This document shows positions 37,363-50,298 of a stretch of DNA of 64,000 nucleotides, in pieces. Source of the stretch: Gekko japonicus. Lineage: Eukaryota. The number at the start of each line of letters is the position of its first letter. Positions within the stretch are counted from its first letter, which is position 1. Under the pieces are notes generated by a model that worked only from the letters and a program-made list of their open reading frames with translations, made no database searches and was not told the DNA's origin. The position numbers were made by a program, and so were the translations under genes. Location of the stretch: positions 1,441,419 through 1,505,418 of the forward strand of contig NW_015166426.1 in the NCBI RefSeq assembly GCF_001447785.1, given 5' to 3'.

Positions 37363-37834
37363 GGTCTGACTTGTTCTTTCTCCCAGGTCCGGCTACTGGT
37401 CCTGCCATTACTTCCTTTTCTGGGTTAGAATGAACAGTTTCAACATTCATCCTTCATTGTTGACAGGTACCTCTGTCAGTTCTCAAGTTAGCATTATTTT
37501 GCCACAGACATCTCAGTGTTACACGACTGGTAATTCTTAATCTGTGACCAAGTTGTATTTATTAAATAGAAATATTACAGCTGCTTTAGAGGTTTCCTTC
37601 AAGCAGTAAATGTTTACAATTTTAGATATGGAGGTTTCCGGTTTGTACAGAAGACAAAGTCTTCTGGTGAAATACTCAACATCTGGATGGTCACATGTCT
37701 GGATAAAGCCCTAAAGACAGAATGGCAGACGACTGCTGTTTACATTACATGGAATGTACAGGAAGTGACTGTCTGTATAAAACACATGCACAACACAACA
37801 TGTCACTTCATAAAAGGCATCCATGTGGACAAAG

Positions 37835-38260
37835 CACTGACCTGGATAGTCCAGGGTAGCCCAATCTCCTCAAATCTCAGAAGCTGAGCAGGGTTGGATT
37901 TTGAGAGGACTGCCAAGGAATTCCAGGGTAGCTGTGCAAAGGCAGGCACTGGCAAACCATCTCTGAATGCCTGTCTCCTTGAAAACTCCACAGAGTCACC
38001 ATAAGTTTGCTGCGACTCAGTGGCACTTTCCACCACCCTTAGAGACTCCCCTGACCCAGATAGCCCAGGCTAGCCTGATCTCCTCTAGATCTCAGAAGCT
38101 AAGCAGGGTTGGCCTTGGTCAGTATTTGAATGGTAGACCACCAAGGAATACCAGGGTCGTGATGCAGAGGCAGGCAGTGGCAAACCACCTCTGAAAATCT
38201 CTTGCCTTGAAATCCCCACTGGGTCGCCATAAGTCAGCTGTGACTTGATGGCATTAAAAA
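37835..38260 (+). mobile_element. Two 5S-derived SINEs in head-to-tail tandem (37835-38037 and 38048-38260)
   Basis: Two consecutive head-body-tail units about 10 bp apart. Confidence 0.85.
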
Positions 38261-39972
38261 AAATTGACAGAATCACAACTTCTTTGTTGTGATGTTCTGT
38301 GTCCTTTGCTCACAAACTTTTTCAAAAAGACAAAAGTGATTATTCATATATGGATGTGTCATTCATAATATGAAACTGTGGTTGCATTTATGTGGGAATT
38401 GGTTCCAAAAGTACATAGTAAGGAAACAAGTTTTAATCTGGAGATTTCTGAGTTGCACCTAGGCACATCAGTCTGGTGGCAGGCTTCATATCTGGATGAG
38501 CAGATGTTCGCAACACCTCTAGAGATGGAAGAGAATGAAGAAGAGAGATTGTAGCATTAATGAGAAAATAATTAGATGATCAGTACTGAAGACTGAGTCA
38601 TAAGGGATGGAGGGCCATGGATGCAGGGGAGGACCAATCGGAATGTGGTGATGAGAAACGAGAGAGGAGTTCAGCAAGCAGATGCATCAACAGAAAGCAT
38701 TCTGATGAGAGAGGGTTTGCATTGCTCCCATGGCACAGTTTTCCATGACTGCTCTCGTGTGGGTTTTTGAAATCATCCTTTGCCATTCTAATGGGAAAGC
38801 TGAATCGCTGCTGCATTCTAAGTAATGAAGCAGATTAAAAAAAGAAGTTTGCTGTTGGAAATTAGCAAATGTTCACATGAATATTTCAAATTCCTTAATT
38901 TGATGGGGGTCCATTTGAAATCCATTGGTGTTTCATTCTCTCCCCACCCCACCCCACCCCAAGGTAACTATGTTTATATGGGGAAGAAAGGTTAGTAGCA
39001 TCGGGCTGCTATGAAACAGGTGAAAATATAAGCTTCATGCTTTTAGAATGTGCATGAGGCAACTATAAGGGGCCTTGAAGGATGACAGAATAGACAAAGA
39101 GATCACTGTTCCCTTTACAAAGTTAAGATCTTTATCTCAGGCCCAGCTCTGTGGGCTGTGGAGATAAGGTGGGTGGCAATCAGAGATAGGGCTTTGTCAG
39201 TAATGGTGAAATAACCCAAGGCATGTCCACCCCCCCCCGGAGGTTTGCCTGGCAACTACCCTGGTACACTTTCACCACCGGATTAACACATTTTACCCCC
39301 TAGCTTTTATCTGAGTTTTCTGCACAATTTAGTCATTTAGTCCATGAGGCTATACCTCAAGCAAGATATTTCCTTGCCCAAAGTCATCTCCAGGAGCCCA
39401 ACCAAGAGTCTCCGAAAGGGTGTCCTGCAAAAACCTTATTAGCCACCACCATATGGATTTTTAGGAAACCATTATGTTGTTCTGTCAGCAGCCAGAACAA
39501 CTTTTGTAATCTTCCCATACACAAAGCAACCCAGACTCACATACTTTCATCTGGGTTTACCCTGATGGCATAACCATGGTTGCTTGTGTACAGTCTGGGT
39601 CACTTTGTGTACAGGAAGATTATGGAAAGTTGTTCTGGTTACTGACAGAACAGCCAGGAGTAGAGTATCTACCTACATCACCCTGCAAATGGGGCCTAGC
39701 TTTGAGTTCTTGCAATATGGGAGCTAAGGACAGTGCAAATGTGAGCCACATGGTGATGGGGTTGTGGTGTCATCAAGCGTAGAAGAGTGGGAACAGAGTG
39801 GACCAGTGGGGCACAGTGGGAAATTCTCCTATATAGGCCTGATTTTAATGAACAAGTGCTCCCTTTCATTTCAGTGTGGTATGTGCTAGAGAGGTCTCTG
39901 GTGATTGTTAAGTCACAATTCTCAATCATTTTGATAGGCCCTAGTCAAAAAGCATTGTACAGCATTGGAAAA

Positions 39973-40601
39973 GCATTGCAGACCTCCAGGTGGTGCCCAA
40001 AGTTCTACCAGAATTACAGGTAATTTCCGGACTACAGGCGATCGTTTCCTTGGAGTGAATGGCAGCCTCACTGGGTGGACTGTATGGCATCACATCCTTG
40101 CTGTGCTCCAACCCCTCCCCAAACTCTGTCCTCCCTAAGCTCCACCCCCATATATCCAGGAATTTCCCAATCCAAGGCAATTTCATGGGCTCCAGCCTGC
40201 TGCCAGCCAGGTGGTCGGTGGGGGCAAGCCCGCCCCCAACAGCCACAGCCAAGTACAATGTCCCCAGCGTGATGATGTCATGTGGAAGTGACATCATCAC
40301 ACTGGCGATGTCATGTGTGGTGACCAGTGTTCCCTCTAAGCTGAGTTAGTGTGAGCTAGCTCACAATCTTGGAACCTACAGCTCACAGACTTTTGCCTTA
40401 GCTCAGGAAGGATGGCTCCAGAGCAAACTGGTTTATGCAGTAGCCAAATCGCTGGCTCACAACTTTAAAGCCAGTAACTCACAAAGCAGAATTTTTGCTC
40501 ACAAGACTCCACAGCTTAGAGGGAACATTGTGACGTCATCCCCCTCCAGGAAAGCTCACTCCCACCCCCCGCCAGCAGAAGAAAAGGACCTGGCAATCCT
40601 A
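39973..40601. mobile_element. TAGGGTTGCCA-family hAT remnants, with ~206-bp MITE copy 4 nested at 40325-40530
   Basis: Reverse-complement family body at 39973-40175; right terminus CCTGGCAATCCTA at 40601. The nested copy has full TIRs but no clean 8-bp TSD. Confidence 0.7.
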
Positions 40602-40648
40602 TTGACAGCCCTTTGTACAACTGTTTTAAAATTTTTCTCAGGAACAAC

Positions 40649-40862
40649 CTGGTGGTAGTGGAAAGTGCCTTCAAGTTGCAGCTGACATGCAACTCCATAG
40701 AGTTTTCAATGCAAGAGATGAACAGACACGATTCATCACCACCTGCCTCTGTATAGTAGCCCTGGACTTCCTTGATGGACTCTCATCCAAATACCAACCA
40801 GGGATGAGCCTGCTTAGCTTCCAAGATCCTGCAAGATAAGGCTAGCTTGGGCCATCCAGGTG
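40649..40862 (-). mobile_element. 5S-derived SINE
   Basis: Reverse complement of the family sequence seen in the other copies. Confidence 0.8.
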
Positions 40863-41012
40863 AAGTGGACCAACAAGGCTACCTACAATTTGGATCTAAT
40901 TTGGGAAATTCTTTGAATTTGGGAGTGGATGATTGTTGAGTACGGGTGGGCACGTCCTTGGAATTTTCAGCCTTAACCTTGTCGAGCAAGCCCTGGATGA
41001 AGGGGTGGGAAT

Positions 41013-41218
41013 CAGTGTCCCCCCTAAGCTGAGTTGGTGTGAGCTAGCTCACAGTTTTTTAGCCTCCAGCTCACACATTTTTGTCTTCGCTCAGGAAGGA
41101 TGGCTCCAGAGCTAACTAATTTATGCAGTAGCCAAATCGCTTGCTCACAACTTTAATGCCAGTAGCTCACAAAGCAGACTTTTTGCTCACAAGACTCCAC
41201 AGCTTAGAGGGAACATTG
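41013..41218 (+). mobile_element. ~206-bp hAT MITE, copy 5
   Basis: Family TIRs; 8-bp TSD GTGGGAAT (41005-41012 and 41219-41226). Confidence 0.9.
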
Positions 41219-42384
41219 GTGGGAATTCCTTTTTCTACACAACATTTCAATTTCTACAGGACAGGGAAGTAGGGACGTGTTGGCAAATGCTGACATAGAT
41301 GCTTCCTTTCCAGTAAACTGAAAAACGATGTCCTGAGGGGTGCTCTAAACTAAAATACCAGATGCGGAGGAGGTACTGATTCCTCTCAAAGAGGGAAATG
41401 AGCCTTTCAGAAGAAAAGGATTCACAATGGACAGAGGGGAAAAAGAAATAAATGTTTATAACCATACAGGCCACCGATATGTCTCCATGTTCTGTGTTGC
41501 CGAGAGTTATAAATTGTGATATTGAAGTGAAATGAAACAGTGATAACTTATGGACACAGATAATGCACTTCTGTGTTGTTCATTAAACTGTGCAGAGAAG
41601 CAGAAGATGCAAAACTGCCCCTTTGGAGAGGAGTTAATGGCAAATGCCTGCTCTGTGAATTATTCTGAACTCTTTAAGAGTTTCCAAATGAGTCACATAC
41701 TCCTCCTGGCATTTCCCTTTCTCCTCCTTGGTATACCCATTAAGTTTCTCCATCAGTTAGGCTAATTAGGTCTAGTTTTAATGTGTTTCTTAAACAGACA
41801 TGCCAACAGTTCATCAGAGTGCACCTCAAAAAAAATTTCCAACCAAAGTACTTCTCCTGTGTGATGTATTTTTTTTAATTATACCCACTTTCACATCTCT
41901 TTCCATTACTGTCTTAATGTAATTTAGGCAAGACTTAGTGATGCTTGAGTGATGTCCAGACTAAAAATACTTTAACGTCCTCTCAGAGGAACAGAGACAG
42001 AGAGAGTCCATCACCTCTTTAACTGGACTGGACTTCCATGATTAAGATGATGAAGATATTGAGTGGTACTGGGTGAAAGAACTTAAAAGCTTCTGGCACA
42101 ACCCCAATCTGTTAAAATCAGGGTGTTGCTGTGAGCCATGAATTGCTGCTTTTGCATTGTTAAGCCAAATATTTTAGTCCCCAGAATGCAGATGTCTGCT
42201 GCCCTTGAAAAAATAAAACCATCTATTTGCAGATTGCTGTTCAAATAGGCAATAGGACCTTTACTGCAAAGAGATGTGGCTTGGGATTTTTCAAGGTCAT
42301 AAAGATCTTGGTATTGGCATGGTTTAGAGCTAAATTGGCCAACGTATGGTATGGGAACAGAAATAAAAAGAATCTGAAAGATTC

Positions 42385-42418
42385 ACCCTGATGAAGCTGC
42401 ATGCAAAATGTGTAGGGG
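42385..42418 (+). ncRNA. CpG-decayed minimal type I hammerhead ribozyme relic (Penelope-type)
   Basis: CC-CTGATGA-A-GC-TGCAT-GC-AAAA-TGTG-TA-GGGG reverts to CTGATGAAGC.....GCGAAACGCGTAGGG with three CpG transitions. Confidence 0.5.
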
Positions 42419-43752
42419 CTGTATAGTTATTAAAATTCATTTCCCTCTGCACCAATTTGTTTCTTCATCTTCATTTTGCCTTGGTGCAGCCCTCTTTTTC
42501 TTGCACTGTAAGTCTCAGCAGTGCATGAAAAAAAACTTCACATGCCCAAGAATTGGGCCCTCTATTCCTCTCCTTCTCAAAATTCTTATTTCATCTGCCA
42601 CTTCTCCTTAGTTTCTATCAAGGCAACTGCCCTTCCCACCATCAACTTATTATTATGGCCCCATAGAATATAACGGGAAGATCACGCCGCTGCTGTGGCG
42701 CAACTCTAGAAAGAAGGAGCTGGGGGGCGGGGCGGGGAGCTGGGGGCAGGGCTTGTGCCTGCTCCTGGCCTGCCGGAGCAGCGCTCCAGTGCACTCCGGC
42801 CCCAAATAACCCCTGGTCATTATATAATGCTGTAGTTTGTTTTGCATAAAAACCTTCATTCTGTACTTTCTGAGTAAAACCTTAGAAGTATTTCACTGAT
42901 TCTGAAGGATAATATATTTCATTGGTGCAAAAGTCAACTGGGGGTCCTCTGTGACCACCAAAAAGGCTGGGAATCAGAGGCAAAATGGACAAAAGCCAGG
43001 TGGAATGGGAGCCGTAGTAAAAATGGGCAAATAGAGTGAGTTTGAGTGGAAAAGCAAGTTAGATCCAACTACTTATCACCTTTCATACAATTTTTTTCTC
43101 AAGTGTATATTTTGCAGTGGTCCCTCTTTTCCATTTTTTGCCTCTCCTACCTTTGTTTTAATCCATGTGACTATTTGAAGCCCATTGCTTGAACATATGA
43201 CGTTTCCTCATACTGAATCAGACCTTGGTCCATCAAGGTCAGTTCTGTCTACTCTAACTGGCATTGGCTTGAGTGATGTCCAGACCAAAAATTCTTTAAT
43301 ACACTCTCAGAGGAACTGAGACAGAGAGAGTCCTTAGAGAACAACACACATACCCTTCACCATTTTCTGGGGTTTTGGGTTATGGAAGTTTAGACTCAAT
43401 CACACTGACCTGTTGTTTCTCTCACAGAACATGCATTGTTTATCAAGATTCTGTTTACCCAGTGCAGGTAGAATGTTCACCAGAATTCCATTGCATCAGA
43501 GCAACTTAGCCAATGGCTGCAGTCAAGAGGTAAAGGCCGACCAATTTTAGCCCAATATAATTCTTCCTGATAGCTGTAGTTGCGCAATTAACCCTGGGTT
43601 TTTCTGTCCATGGAAAAATACTGCCATCCATGACATTCTTTCACACTGCTGTTCTTGGCAAGTCCAATTGCCTAGAACATACCAGAATTAATTTTTCTTC
43701 TCTGCACAAGAGAGTTCCAAGCAGATGTGTAATGTTTCAGTGGGAATTAGTG

Positions 43753-44626
43753 TGTGATGCTGTGACAAACTGTGCTGTAAAAGCTCACAAGTGCTTTGTA
43801 AACATGTGAAGGGTTAATGCCTCACAAAGCCAGAGAGCCTTGAGTGACGGGCTGCAAGGGATTTGATCGGTTAGTATCAGTTGAGCAGAAAGATTTGGGA
43901 GCTGACTGTTGAAGCAAACTCAGTTTAGCTCTGACTGAGGAAAGTTTAACACTGACTGAGGACTGGGAAGGTTGACAAGGAAGAGTGGGAAAATCGGTTT
44001 GGGCCAGAAAAGGGGATAGATCTTCTAGTTAGACAAGTGATTCCCTGCCCAGTTGGAAAGGGAGATATTTCAAAGAGTGGAATGGTCCCTGGTGTGCTCA
44101 GAGAAGGAGAAGGGATTTGGGTGCTTGGTAGTGTATCCCTGCCTTCTGAAACCTGAAAAGTCAGTTAAACTCAAGAAAGCAAGCTGGAGTGTTTAGGAAA
44201 CACTGAAGCCAAAGCCTCTCATCTCTAAGATTCTAAGACTTTGTGAAAAGCTTTAAACTCTCACATGCTGGAAACGTATGAATGTGAAATTACTAAGTTA
44301 CCTCAGAGTTTATTATAGATTTACCTGAGACATTTTACCTCTGATTTCACCTGACTTTTCCCCCTCTACATTAAATAAAATATCTTGTTTGTTTTTAACA
44401 TTCTAAAGCTTTTCACGTGCCAATTTCAGACATTTAAGTTAAAGAGGTGATCTCGTCTCTTCCCTCAAGTTCCTGCACTGAGCAAAATATAATTCAGTGA
44501 CAGGGTGGGACAACCATAGTTCTTCAGAAAAGAAGAAAATAGATAAAGAGGCTGCTCAGCTAGAAAGGAAAGAAAAAACAGAGGGGAAATCCTGCATCTA
44601 AGTGAGGAAATGGGGCTAGGTTGTCA
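43753..44626 (+). mobile_element. Probable solo LTR
   Basis: TG...CA termini with flanking 5-bp repeat TAGTG (43748-43752 and 44627-44631); internal AATAAA near 44374. An alternative TGTGACAA/TTGTCATA boundary is possible. Confidence 0.55.
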
Positions 44627-45309
44627 TAGTGACATATTAAGGTGACTGTTCCATCCTGTGCCTGAATGCCACCATGGCACCACTTGGTATATCTAATAAA
44701 ATAATAGCAGATTTCATCAGACTTATATCGTGGTTAGCCTATCTCTCCTATAGCAGAACAGTAATTGCACATTTCTGTTCATGTCCCATCTATTGTGAGG
44801 TCAAGGATAAGGTGACAGAAAGGACTTCAGATCTCATTCACTTCCTTCCACTCTCCATTAGCAGGCTGAGAATCTTCACTTCTGCTTTATGATCTACATC
44901 ATAAATGGCCTTAAAGACAGACAAGGGGAATAAGATAGATCTCATAGATTTGAGAGGTTACCGGCCTCATGTCCTCAAATGTAATTGGAAGCCTTTGGTT
45001 CCCACTGCTATCTGATAACCAAGTCACTTTGATTTTAAACACACACACACAAACATGCACATATATAGTATTCTCATAAGTCTTTCTGCTCACCTTTAAT
45101 GTTACATTAAGAAAGATCAAAATCTATAAGTAAATGGATGCACTATTAATTTGAATTAAGCCAGAAATAGCCAGAAACAGCAAGAGTCATTTGGCCAAGC
45201 ACGCCTGCCCTCTATGTGAAAGCATCCTGAAGGAAGTCTGCTTCTCATATTGCTATTTTCTGCCAGCAGGTCCTTTCTGATGTACAAAGATGTAGGTATT
45301 ACTTGCAGG

Positions 45310-45622
45310 CAGGGCTCTAGTCGGGGGGGAGCTCTCAGGTACGGAGCTCCGGAAGAGAACCTCTAGGGGGCGGGGCGGTCACGTGGTGAAGCCCCGCCCC
45401 CTTCTTTACCCCGCCCTCTGCTTCGATCCTCATTCCGTTTGGGAATGAGGTTGAAGCAGGAGGGTAAGTAGCCGGGCCTTCTGACACACTTCCGGTGATG
45501 TCAGGGTGTGTGGCCTTCTGTCACTTCCGGTGATGTCAGGGGGCGTGGCATATGCAAATAAGTTATGCTAATGAGTTATGCTAATGAGCTCCGGCAGCTC
45601 TTTTTCTACAACAAGACCCCTG
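45310..45622. mobile_element. hAT MITE rich in transcription-factor-like motifs
   Basis: CAGGG ... CCCTG termini; perfect 8-bp TSD CTTGCAGG (45302-45309 and 45623-45630); ATGCTAATGAG subterminal repeats as in 4308-4685. Confidence 0.85.
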
Positions 45623-47682
45623 CTTGCAGGGAGGGGGAAGTGGGAGAGCACCATAATAATATTTGAAGCACAGGAAAATATGGAGACTATATTATAATAT
45701 AGTACCAGAAATAGCACTGATTATGTAAATTACTGTCTTAGTATAGTAAGGAATGCCACTTTTAAATTAAGGAAGCAAACAGAATAGATGGCTCACTAGC
45801 AGAGGGAAACCTCTGTTTAGACCTTGCTTCTTATAACCAGTAACCCAGCAAGCTGAAGGAAGCCAGGGAGCTGTTAGGTCATCCCACCACGGATTTACTC
45901 CAGTTCTTCAGATGCATTTGATGATGCATTTTTTAAATTTACATCTCGCTCTTCTCCCCATTTTGGACCCCAAGCGGCTTTTAGAACATTGCTCTTTCCT
46001 CCTCCATTCTCTCACAACAACACCCCTGTGAGGTAGGCCAGGTGAAGTGTTTGTGACAGGCCCAAGGTCACCCAGCAAGCTTCCATGATAGAAGTGGGGA
46101 TTAGAACCCAGGCTGTCCAGAGTCCTAGTTTGCCACTGTATCCGCTGCACCACACTGGCTTTCATTACTGCCCTAGGCTGCAGCAACAGAGAATTGTTGA
46201 CTGCTAGGGATGCCAAGAGCATATTACGTAGCTGATGAGGTACGTTTGGCTTGTCACAAACTGTACAGGCCTAGCACAGATGAATGCCTCTAGCTTTTAA
46301 TAGATTTTTTTTTCTCCTGCTAAAAAGGTTTTACTGCTCCCTCTGGTTGAAGAAACTTCACTTGCGCCCTCTTTGTCTTTTAGTGCCTACGCAGCATTAT
46401 TAAGGCCACTTTCCCCCATTTCCCCCTTCACCCCAGCCATTACACCTAGTTGGCACCCCCAGCACCACTGCAATCTTAAAACACTACAGAAAAGAAAAGA
46501 AGCTCTCGCAGGGGACTCCACTGGCATCATTCAAAGAGCATTAGTATTCATTGCAAAGCAATTAAGTGATTTGTGTGTTATGTCTTTACATGTCCCCAAG
46601 TGGAGCCCAAATTTCAACTCTCTGTCTTAAGGACCATTCTGATTAAAAGCTTCAGATCTCATATTTGTGGGCTATGCCAGGCAACAGAGATGCTAGGATT
46701 TGTATCTGAGTTTCAGGATGGAAAAGGAAGAGCAGGGAGAAGAACTGAATCTGTTTCGTTCAGAAGGGAAACCCATGTCTTTCTTAATCATTTGTTTTCC
46801 AGACCTTGTCCCGTATAATCCCACTAGTGCACTGAATTTCAGCAGAAAACAGACTCCCTTTTCTAATGCATCTCATATCAATCTTTTATTTAATCCCCCC
46901 CCCCCCCATAAGCCTTGACATCTCAGAATGGCTATATTCCATGGTGGATGAATAGATATTGCAGTTCACAATCCTCTCTTTTTGTTGTTTTGTTTTGTTT
47001 TGTTTTTTCTGTCTGACAATCAGAACTGCTGACAAGTTACAGTGAATCACTGAAATACAAAAGCTAAAATAAAAAAACAAACCCAAACCCTGAGAGTATC
47101 CATTTCTAAAATGGTTGCTTTTCTTTCCTCGATGCTACAGAAAATGTGTCTGTTTAGAGAACACAGCTCCATTTGTAGTGTTATTGGAAAGGCTAAAAGT
47201 GCACCTGACCTTTCAAAGGAAATAAATATGATGGTGTAATTGGACCTTTCATCCTTAACTATTGTGATCAAAGACAGAGTGAGTGGTGAGAGTAAGCTGG
47301 CCAATTTGCAGGGCTTTGTGAGAACTTCCTAATAGAAAGTTGTGGCCTTCTGACGGCTGGTGCTTACGCACAGCAAATCATAAATAATGGAACAAATTGC
47401 CAAAAGAGCAAGGAAACAGAAGTAATCTCTCCAGAGCTCTCTGGTTGCTTCTTTCAATCACAGAACACTGGGAAAACAAGTGTTGCAGAAGAAGAAAGTC
47501 CATCTTTGTCTCTTCCAGTCAACATGAAAAAGAAACGGCAGAACTTGAGCAATATTCCCTGAACTGCAGGCATCAGATTGATGTTAACAGGCCCAAACGT
47601 TAACAAGTCCTTAGTTATGTCATAGAATCCTAGGGTTGAAAGGGATAAAATGGCTGCCAAGTCACATTCTCTACCTTAGTGG

Positions 47683-48333
47683 TAGGGTTGCCAGCTCTGG
47701 GCTGGGAAATACCTTGGAGGGACTTCAATGAGTTATAATGCCATAGAGTCTACCTTCAGAGGGGCCATTTTCTCCAGGTGAACTGATCTCTGTCACCTGG
47801 AGATCAGTGGTAGTAGCAGGAGATCTCCATCTACCACCCGGAGGTTAGCAAGCTATCTGACAAACCTGTCTGGCACCTGGAGGCCTACCTGTCTGACAAA
47901 CAACTACCCATCATCCTGACCACATGCAAGGTTGCCAACTTCGGCTGGCAAATTTCTGGAGATTTGGGGGTGGAACCTGGAGAGGGCAGCATTTGGGGAC
48001 TGGAGGGACCTCAGCAGGATATAATGCCATAGAGTCCACCCTCCAAAACAGCCATTTTCTTCAGGAGAACTGATCTCTTGTCTGGAGATCAAATGTAATA
48101 GTGGGAACTCGCCAGGTATCACCTGGAGGTTGGCAACCCTAGTTTCCCAGATCTTTGTCCAACATATAAAACACTGCTACACCGCACTGGCTTTGGACCC
48201 TTATATAACAGTAGGATTCTAAAAGAGGTCCTACAAAAGCTGTCCAAACATTTGATCTCTTGTAATTGCAGGAGATGTCCAGGGCCCACCTGGAGGTTGG
48301 CATCCCTAGCCCACCTGGAGGTTGGCATCCCTA
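47683..48333 (+). mobile_element. Cluster of TAGGGTTGCCA-family MITEs (47683-47855, 47927-48141 and a partial copy at 48262-48333)
   Basis: Repeated family body; the last copy ends in two tandem CCCACCTGGAGGTTGGCATCCCTAG units. Confidence 0.8.
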
Positions 48334-48767
48334 GCCACAAGTCAACTTCCACTACTTATGCCACTTGAAAAGAACAGCTGCCCCCCAATCCAATAACTCT
48401 AGATAACTTACACAAGCAACCAAGCCTAGGCAGATGCTGCCAATGGCAAAATAAATGGCTGCGGAAACATCACTTAAGTGGGGAGGAGGTAACAATGACA
48501 GCCAGCTGATATTTGTATGTTAGTGAGGAGGAGTCAAATGGTGATGCTGTAGCCTCTGGGTAGAAGCTACACCTTCTGACCCAGAAGCCTTGTTTCCAGA
48601 GTTCTACCGGCAAATATTAATTGCTATGAGTCAGACCCAAAGGTTCTCCTGACTGGTCAAAAAGAGTACTAACAAAGATCCAGAAACAAAACGTTGTTGT
48701 TTTTTAAAGCAGCTTTTTAAAAAGGTGGCAAATATGCCTAGGAGTTCCCTCTTTCTTTTACATACTG

Positions 48768-49043
48768 TCAGTTTGGTGTAGTGGTTAAGTGCGTGGAGTC
48801 TAATCTGGGAGAACCAGGTTTGATTCCCCACTCCTCCACTTGCACCTGGCGGGATGACCTTGGGCAAGCCATAGTTCTGATAAGAGCTGTTCTTGAAAAA
48901 GAGCAGTTTCTGTCAGAGCTCTCTCAGCCCCACCTACCTCACAGGGTGTCTGTTGTGGGGAGGGGGAGGGAAAGGAGTTTGTAAGCCGCTCTGAGACACC
49001 TTTGGGTAGTGAAGGGCGGGGTATAAATCCAATCTCTTCTTCT
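48768..49043 (+). mobile_element. Squam3-like SINE, full length
   Basis: Head, GAGCTGTTCTT insertion, body and (CTT)n tail. Confidence 0.88.
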
Positions 49044-50298
49044 TATGGTAAAATCCAGTAAAGCCATAGAGTTTTGCCCAAAAACTAGAGTGTCACCCCC
49101 CAACATCAGTGAGATGATGACATCACTTCCAGGTGAAGATCCTGATGAGGACCCAGGATCCCCCTGTCGGCTGCCAGGCAGGACCTGGCAACCCTACAGC
49201 TAAATAAGCAGTGGCATCTTTTCCCCAATAACATCTAGAGCTATGCGGAGGTTCCCTTTAGCCACCATGGCTAGTAGCCACTGATAGCCCTATCCTCCGT
49301 GATTCTCCATGAAGCTATGTCCCTGAGAGTCTTACCTTTACAGCAGCCACACTACTATAGTATAAATTACTTATCTGATTTCAGGGCACTCCCCAGCAAT
49401 GTTAACAACCTTTACTTCAGAATGAATTTTTCATTCGCAGTGAGGGGGAAAACAAAGGGAAGGGGGGGGGGGAAGGCTCGTTAGGTGGATTACAAACACG
49501 CATGAACATTGATCACAATTGAACTACCGCAGGGAAGCATCGTGTCTATTCTGCATGTGTTAAAACAGCCACTACACATTTCCTTGAAAAATTGTTTCTT
49601 GCTCATTTAAATAGTTAACTGCTTCATTTTGCCTTAGGCTGTGCAAGCCTTGCCATGTTAAAGGCTGGGTGTTTCCTCTAGAGGTATACAATGTTGCCAG
49701 TGAATCAAAGGAAGGATATCCGAGTGCATGGGAATAATATGTTTCATGTACTAGAAGAAGGCGGGAGAGGGACAGGCTGGTTTCACTGTGAAATGTGCGG
49801 CACTTAAAAGATTTGATGCATTGCAGAAAGGGCTCTGGGGCTGAAGGGGAGAGAATCACTCTAAGCTAGTGGCCCTTGGCTTTTGTCATCTTCTTAAACT
49901 GCAGGGCTAAGGGAGGGTGGTCTCCAAGTCCCCTGTGGTAAGACTGATGTCTTCATTTTAGACATGTCAAGATGCAGGCTGGGGAATGCCCATGTATCTT
50001 GAAATTGTCTGAGCTGCAGAGGTAAAGAAGGCTCTTACAATTTCTCCCATCTATTGCCTCCCTACAGTTGTGCTTGTGGGAAATGAAGGAGTGCAGGGGT
50101 GGAAATGAACAGGAGAAGCACCAAGTGCCTGGTGTCCCCTGGCAATGGGAGATCTGAAGCTGCATGATTTTGTTTTTTCCCCCAACCCAATTGCTTAACT
50201 GCGCACTTAGATCTAGTCTGCACCTAATTCCCTATGCTATTCTGGAGGCCTCTGGGAATGTATTTGAACATTTGTGTGCATGTAAAGTGCCTTCATAG

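Noticed and set aside
37835-38260. Tandem 5S rRNA genes
   Set aside because: They lack the 5S 5' end and T-run terminator, are diverged, and continue into SINE body and tail.
39500-39576. RTE endonuclease-like peptide (…IWVYPDGIT)
   Set aside because: It needs frameshifts, has no flanking LINE sequence, and the region is better explained by the inverted repeat.
43267-43333. Box C/D snoRNA in the 67-bp repeat
   Set aside because: Box C is imperfect (GTGATGT), CTGA is present in only one copy, and there is no terminal stem.
46232-46270. CTGATGA motifs at 46232, 49142, 12148 and 7882 as hammerheads
   Set aside because: No properly spaced GAAA or stem III, so these are chance matches.
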